This document shows, piece by piece, positions 1 to 9,460 of a stretch of DNA of 64,000 bases; the first letter of the stretch is position 1, and every line of letters begins with the position of its first letter. The notes beneath the pieces are model-generated. The model was not told where the DNA came from, searched no databases, and saw only the letters and a list, made by a program, of their open reading frames with translations. The position numbers and the translations under genes were made by a program. The stretch comes from Candidatus Nanopelagicales bacterium (GTDB taxonomy: Bacteria > Actinomycetota > Actinomycetes > S36-B12). The stretch lies in the NCBI GenBank assembly GCA_030827125.1, contig JAURFD010000001.1, forward strand, positions 226,750 to 290,749. The letters run 5' to 3'.

Positions 1-2
1 TG

Positions 3-446
3 GTGCCGCGTATTCGAGATCTCGCGGAGGAAGGCCTGCCGCTGCGTTTGGCGGTGTCGCTGCATGCGCCCGATGATGAGCTCCGCGACACCCTCGTGCC
101 GATCAATACGCGCTACCCAGTCTCCGAGGTGCTCGACGCGGCGTGGTTTTACGCCGACCGCACGGGTCGTCGGATTAGCATTGAATACGCGCTTATCAAA
201 GATGTGAACGACCAGCGCTGGCGTGCCGAACTGCTGGCGAAGCGACTACGTGGGCACCTGGTGCATGTCAACCTCATCCCGCTCAACCCGACGCCGGGGT
301 CCCAGTGGACCGCGTCGGAGCCGCGAGACGAGCGTGCCTTCGTCCGTGCGCTCGAGGAGGCTGGAGTCCGGGTGACGGTTCGCGATACGCGCGGACGGGA
401 AATCGATGGAGCCTGCGGACAATTGGCGGCAACGGAGGCGGAATGA
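3..446 (+). CDS. rlmN: 23S rRNA/tRNA (adenine-C2)-methyltransferase RlmN, C-terminal part (5' end lies outside the window)
   Basis: The ORF is open at the window start. The C-terminal radical-SAM RlmN-type sequence includes NLIPLNP and the conserved C-terminal Cys motif IDGACGQL. The stop overlaps the next start (ATGA at 443-446). Confidence 0.8.
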   Translation: MPRIRDLAEEGLPLRLAVSLHAPDDELRDTLVPINTRYPVSEVLDAAWFYADRTGRRISIEYALIKDVNDQRWRAELLAKRLRGHLVHVNLIPLNPTPGSQWTASEPRDERAFVRALEEAGVRVTVRDTRGREIDGACGQLAATEAE

Positions 447-1000
447 GCCAGCCAGAGACCACGAGCCGACCGACGTCCGTGACGCGCGCCATCGCCGTCA
501 GTGTCTTGCGCGGCGGTCTCCTTTCGGCCGCGGTGATCGCGGGCACCTTGATCGTCGGTGACGCGAGAATTCTCGGCGCGGACGCGTGGGTGCTCGTCGC
601 CTTCTACCTCCTGCTCTGGGGCGCTGGCACCCTCGGCTACCTCGTGTGGTCGCTGCGTCGCATCGGAAGTGATGGCCACCCGGAGATCCGGGCGCTGGAG
701 ACTCTCATCGTCACGGCGGTGCTGGTGATCGCAATGTTCTCGAAGGCGTACCACCTGATGTCTGCGGCCGAGCCGAGTGCCTTCACCGAACCATTGGACG
801 CTTTTACGTCGTATTACTTCGCCGTCACGGTGCTCGCCACGGTCGGGTTTGGCGATATCACGCCGGTGATCACTTCGGCCCGCGCAATCACCATGGTCCA
901 GATGATTATCGACCTCGCGCTACTCGCCACCCTGGTGCGGTTGGTGACCACGGCGGTGAAGGTCAATCATCTGCGGCGCGCCCCGGACACCGTGCGCTAG
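443..1000 (+). CDS. Small potassium-channel family protein (Ion_trans_2-like pore domain)
   Basis: K+ selectivity-filter signature TVGFGD sits in [16 protein letters not shown], flanked by hydrophobic helices. The ATG at 443 overlaps the rlmN stop. The longer track ORF from 305 is an out-of-context extension. Confidence 0.75.
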   Translation: MSQPETTSRPTSVTRAIAVSVLRGGLLSAAVIAGTLIVGDARILGADAWVLVAFYLLLWGAGTLGYLVWSLRRIGSDGHPEIRALETLIVTAVLVIAMFSKAYHLMSAAEPSAFTEPLDAFTSYYFAVTVLATVGFGDITPVITSARAITMVQMIIDLALLATLVRLVTTAVKVNHLRRAPDTVR

Positions 1001-1010
1001 CGTCGGCGCC

Positions 1011-2894
1011 ATGGAGGAGGGAACGACGTACCGGGACGTCCACGCGCGCAGCCTGGCCGAGCCGGAAGCCTTCTGGGCCGAAGCCGCTGAGGCCATCGAC
1101 TGGGTTACGGCGCCCACGCGAGTCCTGGACACAAGCAGCCCACCGCTGTTCCGATGGTTCCCCGACGGCGAACTCAACACCTGCGCCAATGCCGTAGATC
1201 GCCACGTCGATGCCGGGCGCGGTGATCGAGTGGCGGTCATCCATGACAGTGCGGTCACCGGCAAGGTCACCCGACTGACGTACGCGGAGTTGCGTGATCA
1301 GGTGGCGCGGTTCGCGGGCGCGTTACGCGACGCGGGCGTCGAGCAGGGCGATCGAGTGATCATCTACATGCCGATGGTGCCCGAAGCCGTGGTCGCAATG
1401 CTGGCCTGTGCTCGCATCGGAGCGGTGCACTCCGTGGTCTTCGGAGGCTTCGCGCCAGCCGAACTCGCGGCACGCATCGACGATGCCGAACCGACCGCGA
1501 TCGTGACCGCCTCATGTGGCGTCGAGGGCTCGCGCATTATCGAGTACAAGCCCCTTGTCGACGAAGCACTGCGGCTCGCTCAGCACCAGCCGACCGCGAC
1601 GATCCTGCTGCAGCGTCCCCAAGCCCAGGCAGTGATGGGGGACCGCGACCGCGACTGGACAGAGGTCATGGCGACCGCCGTGCCGGTGGATCCGGTGCCG
1701 GTCCAGGCAACCGACCCCCTCTACATCCTGTACACCTCGGGCACGACCGGAAAGCCCAAGGGAATCGTCCGCGACAACGGTGGACATGCGGTCGCCATGG
1801 CCTGGTCGCTCGGCAACGTCTACGGCATCGGTCCGGACGATGTGTGGTGGTCGGCCTCAGACGTGGGCTGGGTTGTCGGCCACTCGTACATCGTCTACGC
1901 CCCGCTCATCGTCGGAGCGACGACGGTGATGTTTGAGGGCAAGCCGATCGGCACCCCCGATGCGGGAGCCTTCTGGCGCGTCATCGCCGATCACGGAGTC
2001 AACGCGCTCTTCACCGCACCCACGGCAATCCGGGCGATCAAGAAGGAAGACCCGGACGGTGAGTTGCTGGCGCGGCACGACATTTCGAGTCTGCGGGCCC
2101 TCTTCCAGGCCGGCGAGCGACTCGATCCCGCCACCTTCGCGTGGGCGTCGCAGCACTTGGGCGTTTCCGTCGTGGACAACTGGTGGCAGACCGAGACCGG
2201 CTGGCCGATCACGGCCAATCTGCGCGGGCTCGATCCCATGCCGTTGAAGTCGGGCTCGTCGTCCGTACCGGTGCCCGGCTACGACGTGCGTGTCGTTGAT
2301 GAGCAGGGGCAGGACGTGGCGGCGGGGATCGAAGGAAACATCGTCATCCGACTGCCGCTGCCCCCCGGGACGTTGCCGACACTCTGGGGCGATGATCAAC
2401 GCTATATCGATTCCTACCTCTCGGTGTTTCCCGGCAACTACGCCACCGGGGACGGTGGCTTCATCGATGAGGATGGCTATGTTTTCGTCATGGGTCGCAC
2501 GGACGACGTCATCAACGTGGCCGGCCACCGACTGTCGACCGGATCCTTGGAGGCGGTTGTCGCTTCGCATCCCCGTGTCGCCGAATGCGCGGTGATCGGG
2601 GTCCGAGATGACCTGAAAGGGCAGGTCCCGCGCGCTTTCGTGGTGCTGAAAGCCGGGGCCAGTGATGACGGCGTAGAAGACGAGATCGTGGCACTGGTTC
2701 GAGATCGGGTTGGGCCCGTTGCCGCCCTCAAGCAGGTGTCTGTCGTCCCGGCCCTGCCCAAGACGCGCTCGGGCAAGATTCTGCGCCGTTCGATGCGCGC
2801 GATCGCCGACGGTCGCGACGAGGCACCTCCGTCAACCATCGAAGACATTCGCGTACTGGATGCACTCGGTCCCTTGCTGCGGGGCGACGCATGA
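1011..2894 (+). CDS. prpE: Propionate-CoA ligase / acyl-CoA synthetase (AMP-forming)
   Basis: 627 aa. AMP-binding motif YTSGTTGKPKG is present. The N-terminus (EPEAFWAEAAEAIDW), WWQTETGWPI and LPKTRSGKILRR match the PrpE/Acs subfamily as I remember it. Confidence 0.8.
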   Translation: MEEGTTYRDVHARSLAEPEAFWAEAAEAIDWVTAPTRVLDTSSPPLFRWFPDGELNTCANAVDRHVDAGRGDRVAVIHDSAVTGKVTRLTYAELRDQVARFAGALRDAGVEQGDRVIIYMPMVPEAVVAMLACARIGAVHSVVFGGFAPAELAARIDDAEPTAIVTASCGVEGSRIIEYKPLVDEALRLAQHQPTATILLQRPQAQAVMGDRDRDWTEVMATAVPVDPVPVQATDPLYILYTSGTTGKPKGIVRDNGGHAVAMAWSLGNVYGIGPDDVWWSASDVGWVVGHSYIVYAPLIVGATTVMFEGKPIGTPDAGAFWRVIADHGVNALFTAPTAIRAIKKEDPDGELLARHDISSLRALFQAGERLDPATFAWASQHLGVSVVDNWWQTETGWPITANLRGLDPMPLKSGSSSVPVPGYDVRVVDEQGQDVAAGIEGNIVIRLPLPPGTLPTLWGDDQRYIDSYLSVFPGNYATGDGGFIDEDGYVFVMGRTDDVINVAGHRLSTGSLEAVVASHPRVAECAVIGVRDDLKGQVPRAFVVLKAGASDDGVEDEIVALVRDRVGPVAALKQVSVVPALPKTRSGKILRRSMRAIADGRDEAPPSTIEDIRVLDALGPLLRGDA

Positions 2895-3988
2895 CCGGTC
2901 CCCTTCACGGGGTGCGCATCGCGGATCTCAGCCGGGTACTCGCTGGGCCCTACGCCACCATGCTCCTCGGCGATCTCGGAGCGGAGGTCATCAAGGTGGA
3001 GCGTCCGGAGGTCGGCGACGACACGAGGGCCTGGGGACCGCCGTACGCCGACAACGGCATGGCGACGTACTTCGCGGGGGTCAACCGCAATAAGTCATCG
3101 CACGCCATTGACCTATCGACCCTCGAGGGCATGGCGGACGTGCGCGCGCTGATTGCCGAGAGCGACGTGCTGGTGGAGAACTTCCGGCCGGGCGCCCTCG
3201 CAGCCATGGGTCTGGGATACGACGACCTCGCTGCGGAGCATCCGGGGTTGATCTATTGCTCGATCAGTGGCTTCGGGTCCGGTGAAGGTGCGGCGCTACC
3301 CGGGTACGACCTGCTGGTCCAGGCGATGGGCGGACTGATGAGCGTGACCGGCCCCGGGCCGGGCGAGCCAACCAAGGTCGGGGTGGCGCTGGTCGACGTG
3401 ATTACCGGTCTGCACGCGACAGTCGGCATCCTCGCAGCACTGCATCACCGGGATGAGACCGGTGAGGGTCAGCACATCGAGGTCAACCTGCTGTCGTCTC
3501 TGCTGTCCGCCCTGGTCAATCAGTCGTCAGGCTACGTGGCTGGCGGCGTCGTGCCCGGAATCCTCGGCAACGCGCATCCGTCGATTGCGCCGTACGAGGT
3601 GTTTGCGACCGCGGATCGACCGATCGTGCTCGCGGTGGGCAATGATGGACAGTTCCGAGCGCTGGTTGGCGCCCTAGGTCTTGCTGAACTCGCCGCTGAT
3701 GAGCGGTTTGCCGCCAACCCGCAGCGCGTAGCCCATCGTTCCGAATTGAAGGCCCTGCTCGAGGGTGCCTTGGCTTCTCGAGGGGCCAGCGAATGGCAGG
3801 TGACCATCGCCGCCGCGGGAGTGCCGTGCGGGCCCATCAATGATCTGGAGCACGCGTTTGCGCTGGCTCAGCGGCTCGGCCTTGATCCGGTCGTGGAGAT
3901 CGGGGGAGTGCCAACCGTGGCTAACCCGATCACACTGTCGGGGAGCCCGGTCGAGTACCGACTCCCACCACCCGACCTGGGTCGGTGA
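2891..3988 (+). CDS. Family III CoA-transferase (CaiB/BaiF type)
   Basis: N-terminal GVRIADLSRVLAGPYATMLLGDLGAEVIKVE is typical of the family. The ATGA overlap with the prpE stop suggests translational coupling. Confidence 0.8.
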   Translation: MTGPLHGVRIADLSRVLAGPYATMLLGDLGAEVIKVERPEVGDDTRAWGPPYADNGMATYFAGVNRNKSSHAIDLSTLEGMADVRALIAESDVLVENFRPGALAAMGLGYDDLAAEHPGLIYCSISGFGSGEGAALPGYDLLVQAMGGLMSVTGPGPGEPTKVGVALVDVITGLHATVGILAALHHRDETGEGQHIEVNLLSSLLSALVNQSSGYVAGGVVPGILGNAHPSIAPYEVFATADRPIVLAVGNDGQFRALVGALGLAELAADERFAANPQRVAHRSELKALLEGALASRGASEWQVTIAAAGVPCGPINDLEHAFALAQRLGLDPVVEIGGVPTVANPITLSGSPVEYRLPPPDLGR

Positions 3989-3989
3989 C

Positions 3990-5165
3990 TCAGCGGAAAG
4001 CCGGCATTCCGGTCAGGGCCTGGCCGATCACTAGCGTGTGCATCTCATTGGTGCCCTCGTAGGTGTAGACGGACTCCAGATTGTTCATGTGCCGGATGAC
4101 GGGGTACTCCAGCGTGATGCCATTGCCGCCCAGGATGCCGCGGCACTCCCGGGCGATGTTCAAAGCCTCGCGGGCGTTGTTGAGCTTGCCGAGGCTGACC
4201 TGCTCCGGCGTGATCTTGTGCTCGTCCTTGAGTCGGCCCAGGTGCAGCGCCAGCAGCATGCCTTTTCCAAGTTCGAGTGTCATGTCAGCCAACTTCTGCT
4301 GCGTCATTTGGTAGCCCGCAATTGGTCGGTCGAACTGCACGCGGTTGCTCGAGTAGTCAATGGCCGTCTCCAGGCAGTCGCGCGCGGCGCCGAGCGTGCC
4401 GAAGGCGATGCCGAAGCGCGCCTCATTCAGGCAGGCGAGTGGACCCTTGAGGCCACTGACACCTGGGAGAACGGCTGACGCCGGCAGGCGAACGTCTTCC
4501 AGTACCAACTCAGCGGTGACCGAAGCGCGCAGAGACAGTTTCTTGTGGATCTCACGAGCGCTGAACCCGGGGGTGTCAGTGGGAACGACAAAGCCGCGGA
4601 TACCGTCATCGGTCTGCGCCCAGACCACGGCCACGTCGGCAACGGTGCCATTGGTGATCCACATCTTCGATCCGTTGAGCACCCAGTCGTCGCCGTCCGG
4701 CTTGGCCGCGGTGCGCATGCCTCCGGGATTCGAGCCAAAGTCGGCCTCGGTGAGACCGAAGCATCCAATCAACTCACCAGCCGCCATGCCCGGGAGCCAC
4801 TCCTCACGCTGCTCCTCGGACCCGAACTCGTGGATGGCGAACATGGCCAGAGAGCCCTGGACGCTGACGAGAGACCGAATGCCGGAGTCACCGGCCTCCA
4901 GTTCCATGGCCGCCAGGCCGTAGGAGACGGCATTCGTGCCGGCGCAGCCGTAGCCCTCGAGGTGCATGCCCAGGACGCCGAGCGCGCCGAACTCCTTGGC
5001 GAGTTCGCGGGCCGGGATCGTGCCAGCCTCGAACCAATCGGCCACGTTGGGCTTGATGTTCTCCTCGACAAAGGAGCGAACGACGTCGCGAATAGCTCGC
5101 TCTTCCTCGGTGAGAAGTCCATCGATCGAGAACAACTCGAGGGGGAGCTGCGGGGCACGGGCCAC
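3990..5165 (-). CDS. gcdH: Acyl-CoA dehydrogenase, glutaryl-CoA dehydrogenase-like
   Basis: Motifs CFGLTEADFGSNPGGM, WITNG and YEGTNEMHTLVIGQALTG. I place the start at GTG 5165, preceded by AGGAGG at 5-nt spacing. The track ORF extends to 5204. Confidence 0.7.
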   Translation of the reverse strand: MARAPQLPLELFSIDGLLTEEERAIRDVVRSFVEENIKPNVADWFEAGTIPARELAKEFGALGVLGMHLEGYGCAGTNAVSYGLAAMELEAGDSGIRSLVSVQGSLAMFAIHEFGSEEQREEWLPGMAAGELIGCFGLTEADFGSNPGGMRTAAKPDGDDWVLNGSKMWITNGTVADVAVVWAQTDDGIRGFVVPTDTPGFSAREIHKKLSLRASVTAELVLEDVRLPASAVLPGVSGLKGPLACLNEARFGIAFGTLGAARDCLETAIDYSSNRVQFDRPIAGYQMTQQKLADMTLELGKGMLLALHLGRLKDEHKITPEQVSLGKLNNAREALNIARECRGILGGNGITLEYPVIRHMNNLESVYTYEGTNEMHTLVIGQALTGMPAFR

Positions 5166-5244
5166 GGGTACCTCCTGGGGTAATGGGGCTAGTATTCCGC
5201 ACATCCGGGCATCGGGAGAGTTGGGGATAGGTCAAGATGTCAAC

Positions 5245-7287
5245 ATGGCCCGATTGCCCCGTCTCCGCATTCCGCGGGATCTTGACCCATCGTCGCGCGC
5301 CGGCCTCATGCTCGGTGCGGTCAGCGTCGGACTGTCCTACCAGCCCAACCTGTTGACCCGGCGCAGCCTGGACCAGGGCCTCATCACCGGAGTGTCCGGT
5401 CTGGCCGGATATGCCTGGGGCGTCTCCGCCCACAGTGTCCTCAGCAGTCTTGGCGAGCGCCTCGGTGGACGCCGCGGACAGGTGGCTGGAGATGCCCTTG
5501 TCGTGCTGGGGTCGGCGGCCACGGCGCGCATGCTCGCGTGGCAGGAACACGAGCCGGCGTGGCGTTCGATGGGCCGGTTGGCGGCGAGCGCTTTCGCGGC
5601 GGCCGGTGCCGCGGGTATGGCATCTCGCGCTGTAGAAACGATCCCGCGCACTGGTCTTCGGATCATGGCCACGACCGGCGTGGTGTCCGCGCTCGGTGGT
5701 GGGGTCTATCTCGGCAGTCGTCTCATGGGGCAGCAGGTGGGGGCGCTCGGCCTGGGTGCCTTCCGCGACGACCGCGGTGGCGACGTGGCCGACGATCAAG
5801 ACCGCGCCGTCAACCCCATGGTGGCCACCGGAATCGGCATCGCGACGACCGGCACGCTGTTGGGGCTGGCTGCTGTGGAGTCCCGAGTGACCCGGCTCTG
5901 GGGACGCGGTGTGGCAGCCTTGATCGGGGGAACCCCGGAGGAGCACGCCGCGATCGCTCGAGGGCTGACAGCCGTGGCTGCGCTCGGCGTCGGAGCCCTC
6001 GGCCTCAAACTCGTGGATCATCAACTCGGCAATGCGGGTGAGGGTTCCGAACTCGCCCACGCGACCCCCCCGGACATCCCCGAAATCACCGGTTCGCCCT
6101 CATCGGGTCGCTCGTGGTCGGACCAGAGCCGTGAAGGGCGCCGTTGGCTCAGCATGGTCCTGCGTCCGGACACGATTTCGGCGGTCATGGGCGGTGGCGA
6201 AGCCAAGCAACCGATTCGCGTGTACGCGGGCCTGTCGAGCGCCGACACGGAGGAGGGTCGCGCCCAGGTCCTGCTCGACGAGATCGATCGCACGCGTGCG
6301 CTGGAGCGGCCCTATGTGGCACTGTGGTCACCTACCGGCTCTGGCTACGTCAACTACGTCGCCTGCGAGACATTCGAGTACCTCACCCGCGGTGACTGCG
6401 CGAGCCTGGCCATTCAGTACTCCGTTCTCCCGTCATCGCTGTCCCTGGCGGATGTCAAGACAGGGACCAACCAAACCCGCATGGTCTTCGCCGGGATTGC
6501 CGAGCGCCTGCGGAAGATGCCACCGGAGACCCACCCGCGCTTCTTCCTGTTCGGAGAGAGCCTCGGGTCGCAGGTGAGCGAGGAGATGTTCGAGGGGATG
6601 GGTGTCTTCGGTCCGGAGAGCCTCGGACTCGAAGCGGCGTTGTGGATCGGCACGCCCGAGGCGACCAAGTGGCGCAAGCAACTGTGGGGCAAGCGCAGTG
6701 TGTCTGCGCCGCCCGGCGTGGGTCCGGGCGACATCTATCTGCCTCGCTGGGTGGGCGACTGGACATCGCTGGACCCCGCGGAGCGTGAGCGTGTCCGCTA
6801 CCTGTTGCTGCAGAACGGCGACGACCCCATTCCAAAATTCTGGTTCGAACTACTCTGGCGCCGTCCCGCGTGGCTGGGACCTTGGGGCAAGCGACCGCCG
6901 GGTGCGCCTCGCCGGACGATCTGGTGGCCGGTCACGACGTTCATGGCCACCTTCATGGACGTCCTCAACGCCCTCGCGCCGACTCCCGGAGTTTTCGCCG
7001 AGGGCGGCCATGACTACCGGCTCGAGTTGCCCCACGCGATTCGCGAGGTCTGGCGACTCGAAGCCACAGATGAGCAGATGGCGTCAGTGCAACAGGCACT
7101 TCGTCAACGCGAGTTGGGCTGGGAGGCCAAGCGTCGCTGGATGGAGGCCGAAGCCACCGTGGGCCCAGAGCATCGCGCTCAGTCTGAGCGCAAAGTGCTC
7201 GATGACGTGGAGAAGTGGACCGGGCGTGCGTCTCTCACACCCGCCGATGTCAACGCGCTCATTGCGGCCGACTGCCAGCCCACCTAG
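5245..7287 (+). CDS. Membrane-anchored alpha/beta-hydrolase family protein (Abhydrolase_9-like)
   Basis: The N-terminal ~300 aa is rich in hydrophobic Gly/Ala helices. The C-terminal domain has the nucleophile elbow GESLG (6553-6567). Start ATG 5245 (MARLPRLRIP); the upstream part of the track ORF overlaps gcdH antisense and is discounted. Confidence 0.65.
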   Translation: MARLPRLRIPRDLDPSSRAGLMLGAVSVGLSYQPNLLTRRSLDQGLITGVSGLAGYAWGVSAHSVLSSLGERLGGRRGQVAGDALVVLGSAATARMLAWQEHEPAWRSMGRLAASAFAAAGAAGMASRAVETIPRTGLRIMATTGVVSALGGGVYLGSRLMGQQVGALGLGAFRDDRGGDVADDQDRAVNPMVATGIGIATTGTLLGLAAVESRVTRLWGRGVAALIGGTPEEHAAIARGLTAVAALGVGALGLKLVDHQLGNAGEGSELAHATPPDIPEITGSPSSGRSWSDQSREGRRWLSMVLRPDTISAVMGGGEAKQPIRVYAGLSSADTEEGRAQVLLDEIDRTRALERPYVALWSPTGSGYVNYVACETFEYLTRGDCASLAIQYSVLPSSLSLADVKTGTNQTRMVFAGIAERLRKMPPETHPRFFLFGESLGSQVSEEMFEGMGVFGPESLGLEAALWIGTPEATKWRKQLWGKRSVSAPPGVGPGDIYLPRWVGDWTSLDPAERERVRYLLLQNGDDPIPKFWFELLWRRPAWLGPWGKRPPGAPRRTIWWPVTTFMATFMDVLNALAPTPGVFAEGGHDYRLELPHAIREVWRLEATDEQMASVQQALRQRELGWEAKRRWMEAEATVGPEHRAQSERKVLDDVEKWTGRASLTPADVNALIAADCQPT

Positions 7288-8651
7288 TGGCCGAGGAAGC
7301 GGCTGAAGATCTTGGCCCGTCGAGCCGGGCGACCCGTACGTGCCTCGACCTCGTCGGCGGATCCCATCGCCCGCAGTCCCACTCCCGTGCCCAGCCAGCG
7401 CAAGGGTTCGGGCTCCCACCGCGGTGAGCGATGCCCCACCCAGGGCAGTCGCGTCAGCTCGCTGTCGTTGCCCACGATGAGGTCCGCGAGGGTCCGGCCA
7501 CCGAGATTCGAGGTTCCGACCCCGTCGCCCACATAGCCGCCCGACCAGGCCTGGCCTGTCTCCTTGTCGAGACCGCACGAGGCGAACCAATCGCGGGGTA
7601 CGCCGATCGGTCCGCCCCACGTGTGAGTCACCGCCCGGTCGGTCAGGAACGGGAACAGGTCGATCAAGGTCCGCCACAGTTCGGCGAACACCTGCGGATC
7701 GCGATCGAAGTGCGGATGCACCCGCGAGCCGAAGTGGTAGGGAGCGCCGCGGCCACCGAAGGCGAGGCGCCCGTCAGCGGTGCGCTGTCCGTAGATGATG
7801 AGGTGCCGGCCGTCGGCGAAGGTGGGCCGAGCAGCCAGTCCGATGCGGGACCAGTCCTCCTCCGGGAGTGGTTCAGTCGCCAGCATGAGCGAATAGATCG
7901 GCACCATCGTCCGGCGCTCGCCCTCCAGATCCGCCGTATAGCCCTCCGTCGCCCGTACGACGTGCCGCGCGCGAACCGACCCGTGCGCGGTGCGCACGAC
8001 ACCGGGCTCCCATGCCCGGGCGCGGGATCCTTCGAACAGCAGGGCGCCACGCTCGACCACCGTGCGGGCCAGGTGGCGCACCAGTCGCGCCGGGTGGATC
8101 GCCAGGCAGTGCGGGGTGTAGGTGGCCCCGAGGACATCGGTGGCGCCGAGCATGGCCCGTGCGGCGTTAGGCCCGAGGAGCGCATAGTCCGCCTCGCCGT
8201 AGCCCCATCGGCGCCACTCGGCGATCTCCTCCCGCGCCCGCTGCCACTGCAGGGGCGTGCGCGCGGCCACGACCGTGCCGCCCTTCGCGGCGTGGATTTC
8301 CCAACCTTCGCGCTCGGCGACGCGAGCCACCTCATCGACCGTCTGGTGCATCGCATCCTGCATCCGTACGGCCTGCTGGTCACTGCTCGCCTTGGCGACG
8401 GAAGACATGCTCGCGGGGAAGAGTGCCGAGCACCAGCCCCCGTTGCGGCCGCTCGCGCCGAATCCGGCGTACTCCGCCTCCACGAGGGCGATCCGCAAGT
8501 GCGGAGCGTTCTGCTGTAGGTAGTAGGCGGTCCACAGTCCGGTGAAGCCCGCGCCGATGATCGCCACGTCGGCGTCGACGTCCCCGTCCAAGGGGGACCC
8601 AAGCGGCTCGCGCAGGTCCGCAGGCAGCGTGTCCCACCACAGCGAAGTCAT
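7284..8651 (-). CDS. FAD-dependent oxidoreductase (DAO family, gamma-glutamylputrescine-oxidase-like)
   Basis: Dinucleotide-binding motif DVAIIGAGFTGLWTAYYL. ATG 8651 overlaps the upstream stop (ATGA); an alternative TTG start lies at 8663. Its stop shares the CTAG at 7284-7287 with the convergent hydrolase gene. Confidence 0.75.
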   Translation of the reverse strand: MTSLWWDTLPADLREPLGSPLDGDVDADVAIIGAGFTGLWTAYYLQQNAPHLRIALVEAEYAGFGASGRNGGWCSALFPASMSSVAKASSDQQAVRMQDAMHQTVDEVARVAEREGWEIHAAKGGTVVAARTPLQWQRAREEIAEWRRWGYGEADYALLGPNAARAMLGATDVLGATYTPHCLAIHPARLVRHLARTVVERGALLFEGSRARAWEPGVVRTAHGSVRARHVVRATEGYTADLEGERRTMVPIYSLMLATEPLPEEDWSRIGLAARPTFADGRHLIIYGQRTADGRLAFGGRGAPYHFGSRVHPHFDRDPQVFAELWRTLIDLFPFLTDRAVTHTWGGPIGVPRDWFASCGLDKETGQAWSGGYVGDGVGTSNLGGRTLADLIVGNDSELTRLPWVGHRSPRWEPEPLRWLGTGVGLRAMGSADEVEARTGRPARRAKIFSRFLGH

Positions 8652-9322
8652 GGCCACCGCCAACCTTCGATGTACGTAGGAACAGGCACACTCGCGGCTT
8701 GCTCATCGGCGACCGGGACGCCGTAGGTGCACTCGATGGGCACCGAGCCTGCCCACACGCCGGCATAGGGCGGCTCGACAAGGTCGGAGGGAACGTCATC
8801 CGGCGGACCATCGCCCACCTTCACGGACATTTCATCGAGGGGGAGGGCCAGGGTGATCGTCGCTTTGAGCTCTTTCGTGGTGGGGTGCCGGGCTTCGGTC
8901 GTGCGACCGGGCATGAGGTGCTCGGACAGGGCGAGGAGCGCGTCGATCTCGTCGTCGCCGGTGAGAACCCGAGCCACCCCCAGCACCATGATGCTGCGGT
9001 AGTGCATGGAGGACTCGAAGAGGCTGCGGGCCAGGACTAGTCCGTCAAGCAAGGTGACGGTGAGGCAGGTGGGAGCACCGGCCGCGAGGCTGGTGAACAG
9101 GCGTGAGGCGGACGATCCGTGGAAGATCACCTCGTCATCCCGACGAGCACAGGCCACCGGAACAACGAACGGTTGACCATCGACCGTCACGCCCACGTGG
9201 GCCATCAGGGCTGCATCGAGGATGGCATAGGCCACCTCTCGCTCGGTGACGGCCTTCTCGGGGAGGCGGCGGATTCGCGTGCGCTCGGTGGAGCCAGGTG
9301 CCGGCAGGTCGCTCGTGGCCAT
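8648..9322 (-). CDS. Pyridoxamine 5'-phosphate oxidase-family (flavin-binding split-barrel) protein
   Basis: Sequence of the general PNPOx-like class ([21 protein letters not shown] ... FHGSSASR). Start chosen at ATG 9322; upstream alternatives exist up to 9418. Confidence 0.55.
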   Translation of the reverse strand: MATSDLPAPGSTERTRIRRLPEKAVTEREVAYAILDAALMAHVGVTVDGQPFVVPVACARRDDEVIFHGSSASRLFTSLAAGAPTCLTVTLLDGLVLARSLFESSMHYRSIMVLGVARVLTGDDEIDALLALSEHLMPGRTTEARHPTTKELKATITLALPLDEMSVKVGDGPPDDVPSDLVEPPYAGVWAGSVPIECTYGVPVADEQAASVPVPTYIEGWRWP

Positions 9323-9460
9323 AGGACTCCTCGATCGGGTAGTGACATTGGACAGCCTAGGGCCGCGGGTTCTCCTCTTCAGCGGCATATGGACACAAGC
9401 AGGGATAGCGTGGGACAACCGGTTCGCCGCGTCGGCGAGCCCCGGCGTAAAGGATGCGTA

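Noticed and set aside
4966-5244. N-terminal extensions of track ORFs beyond plausible starts: 4966 for the hydrolase, 9119 for the ALDH, 13895-14320 for the ABC ATPase, 25517 for the FAD oxidoreductase, 26529 for the ureohydrolase, 50490 for GT4, 50549-50758 for wecB and 59759 for ribF.
   Set aside because: - The extensions overlap neighbouring genes.
- They lack similarity to the expected family N-termini.
- Better starts exist downstream, with RBS-like sequences or ATGA/GTGA coupling.
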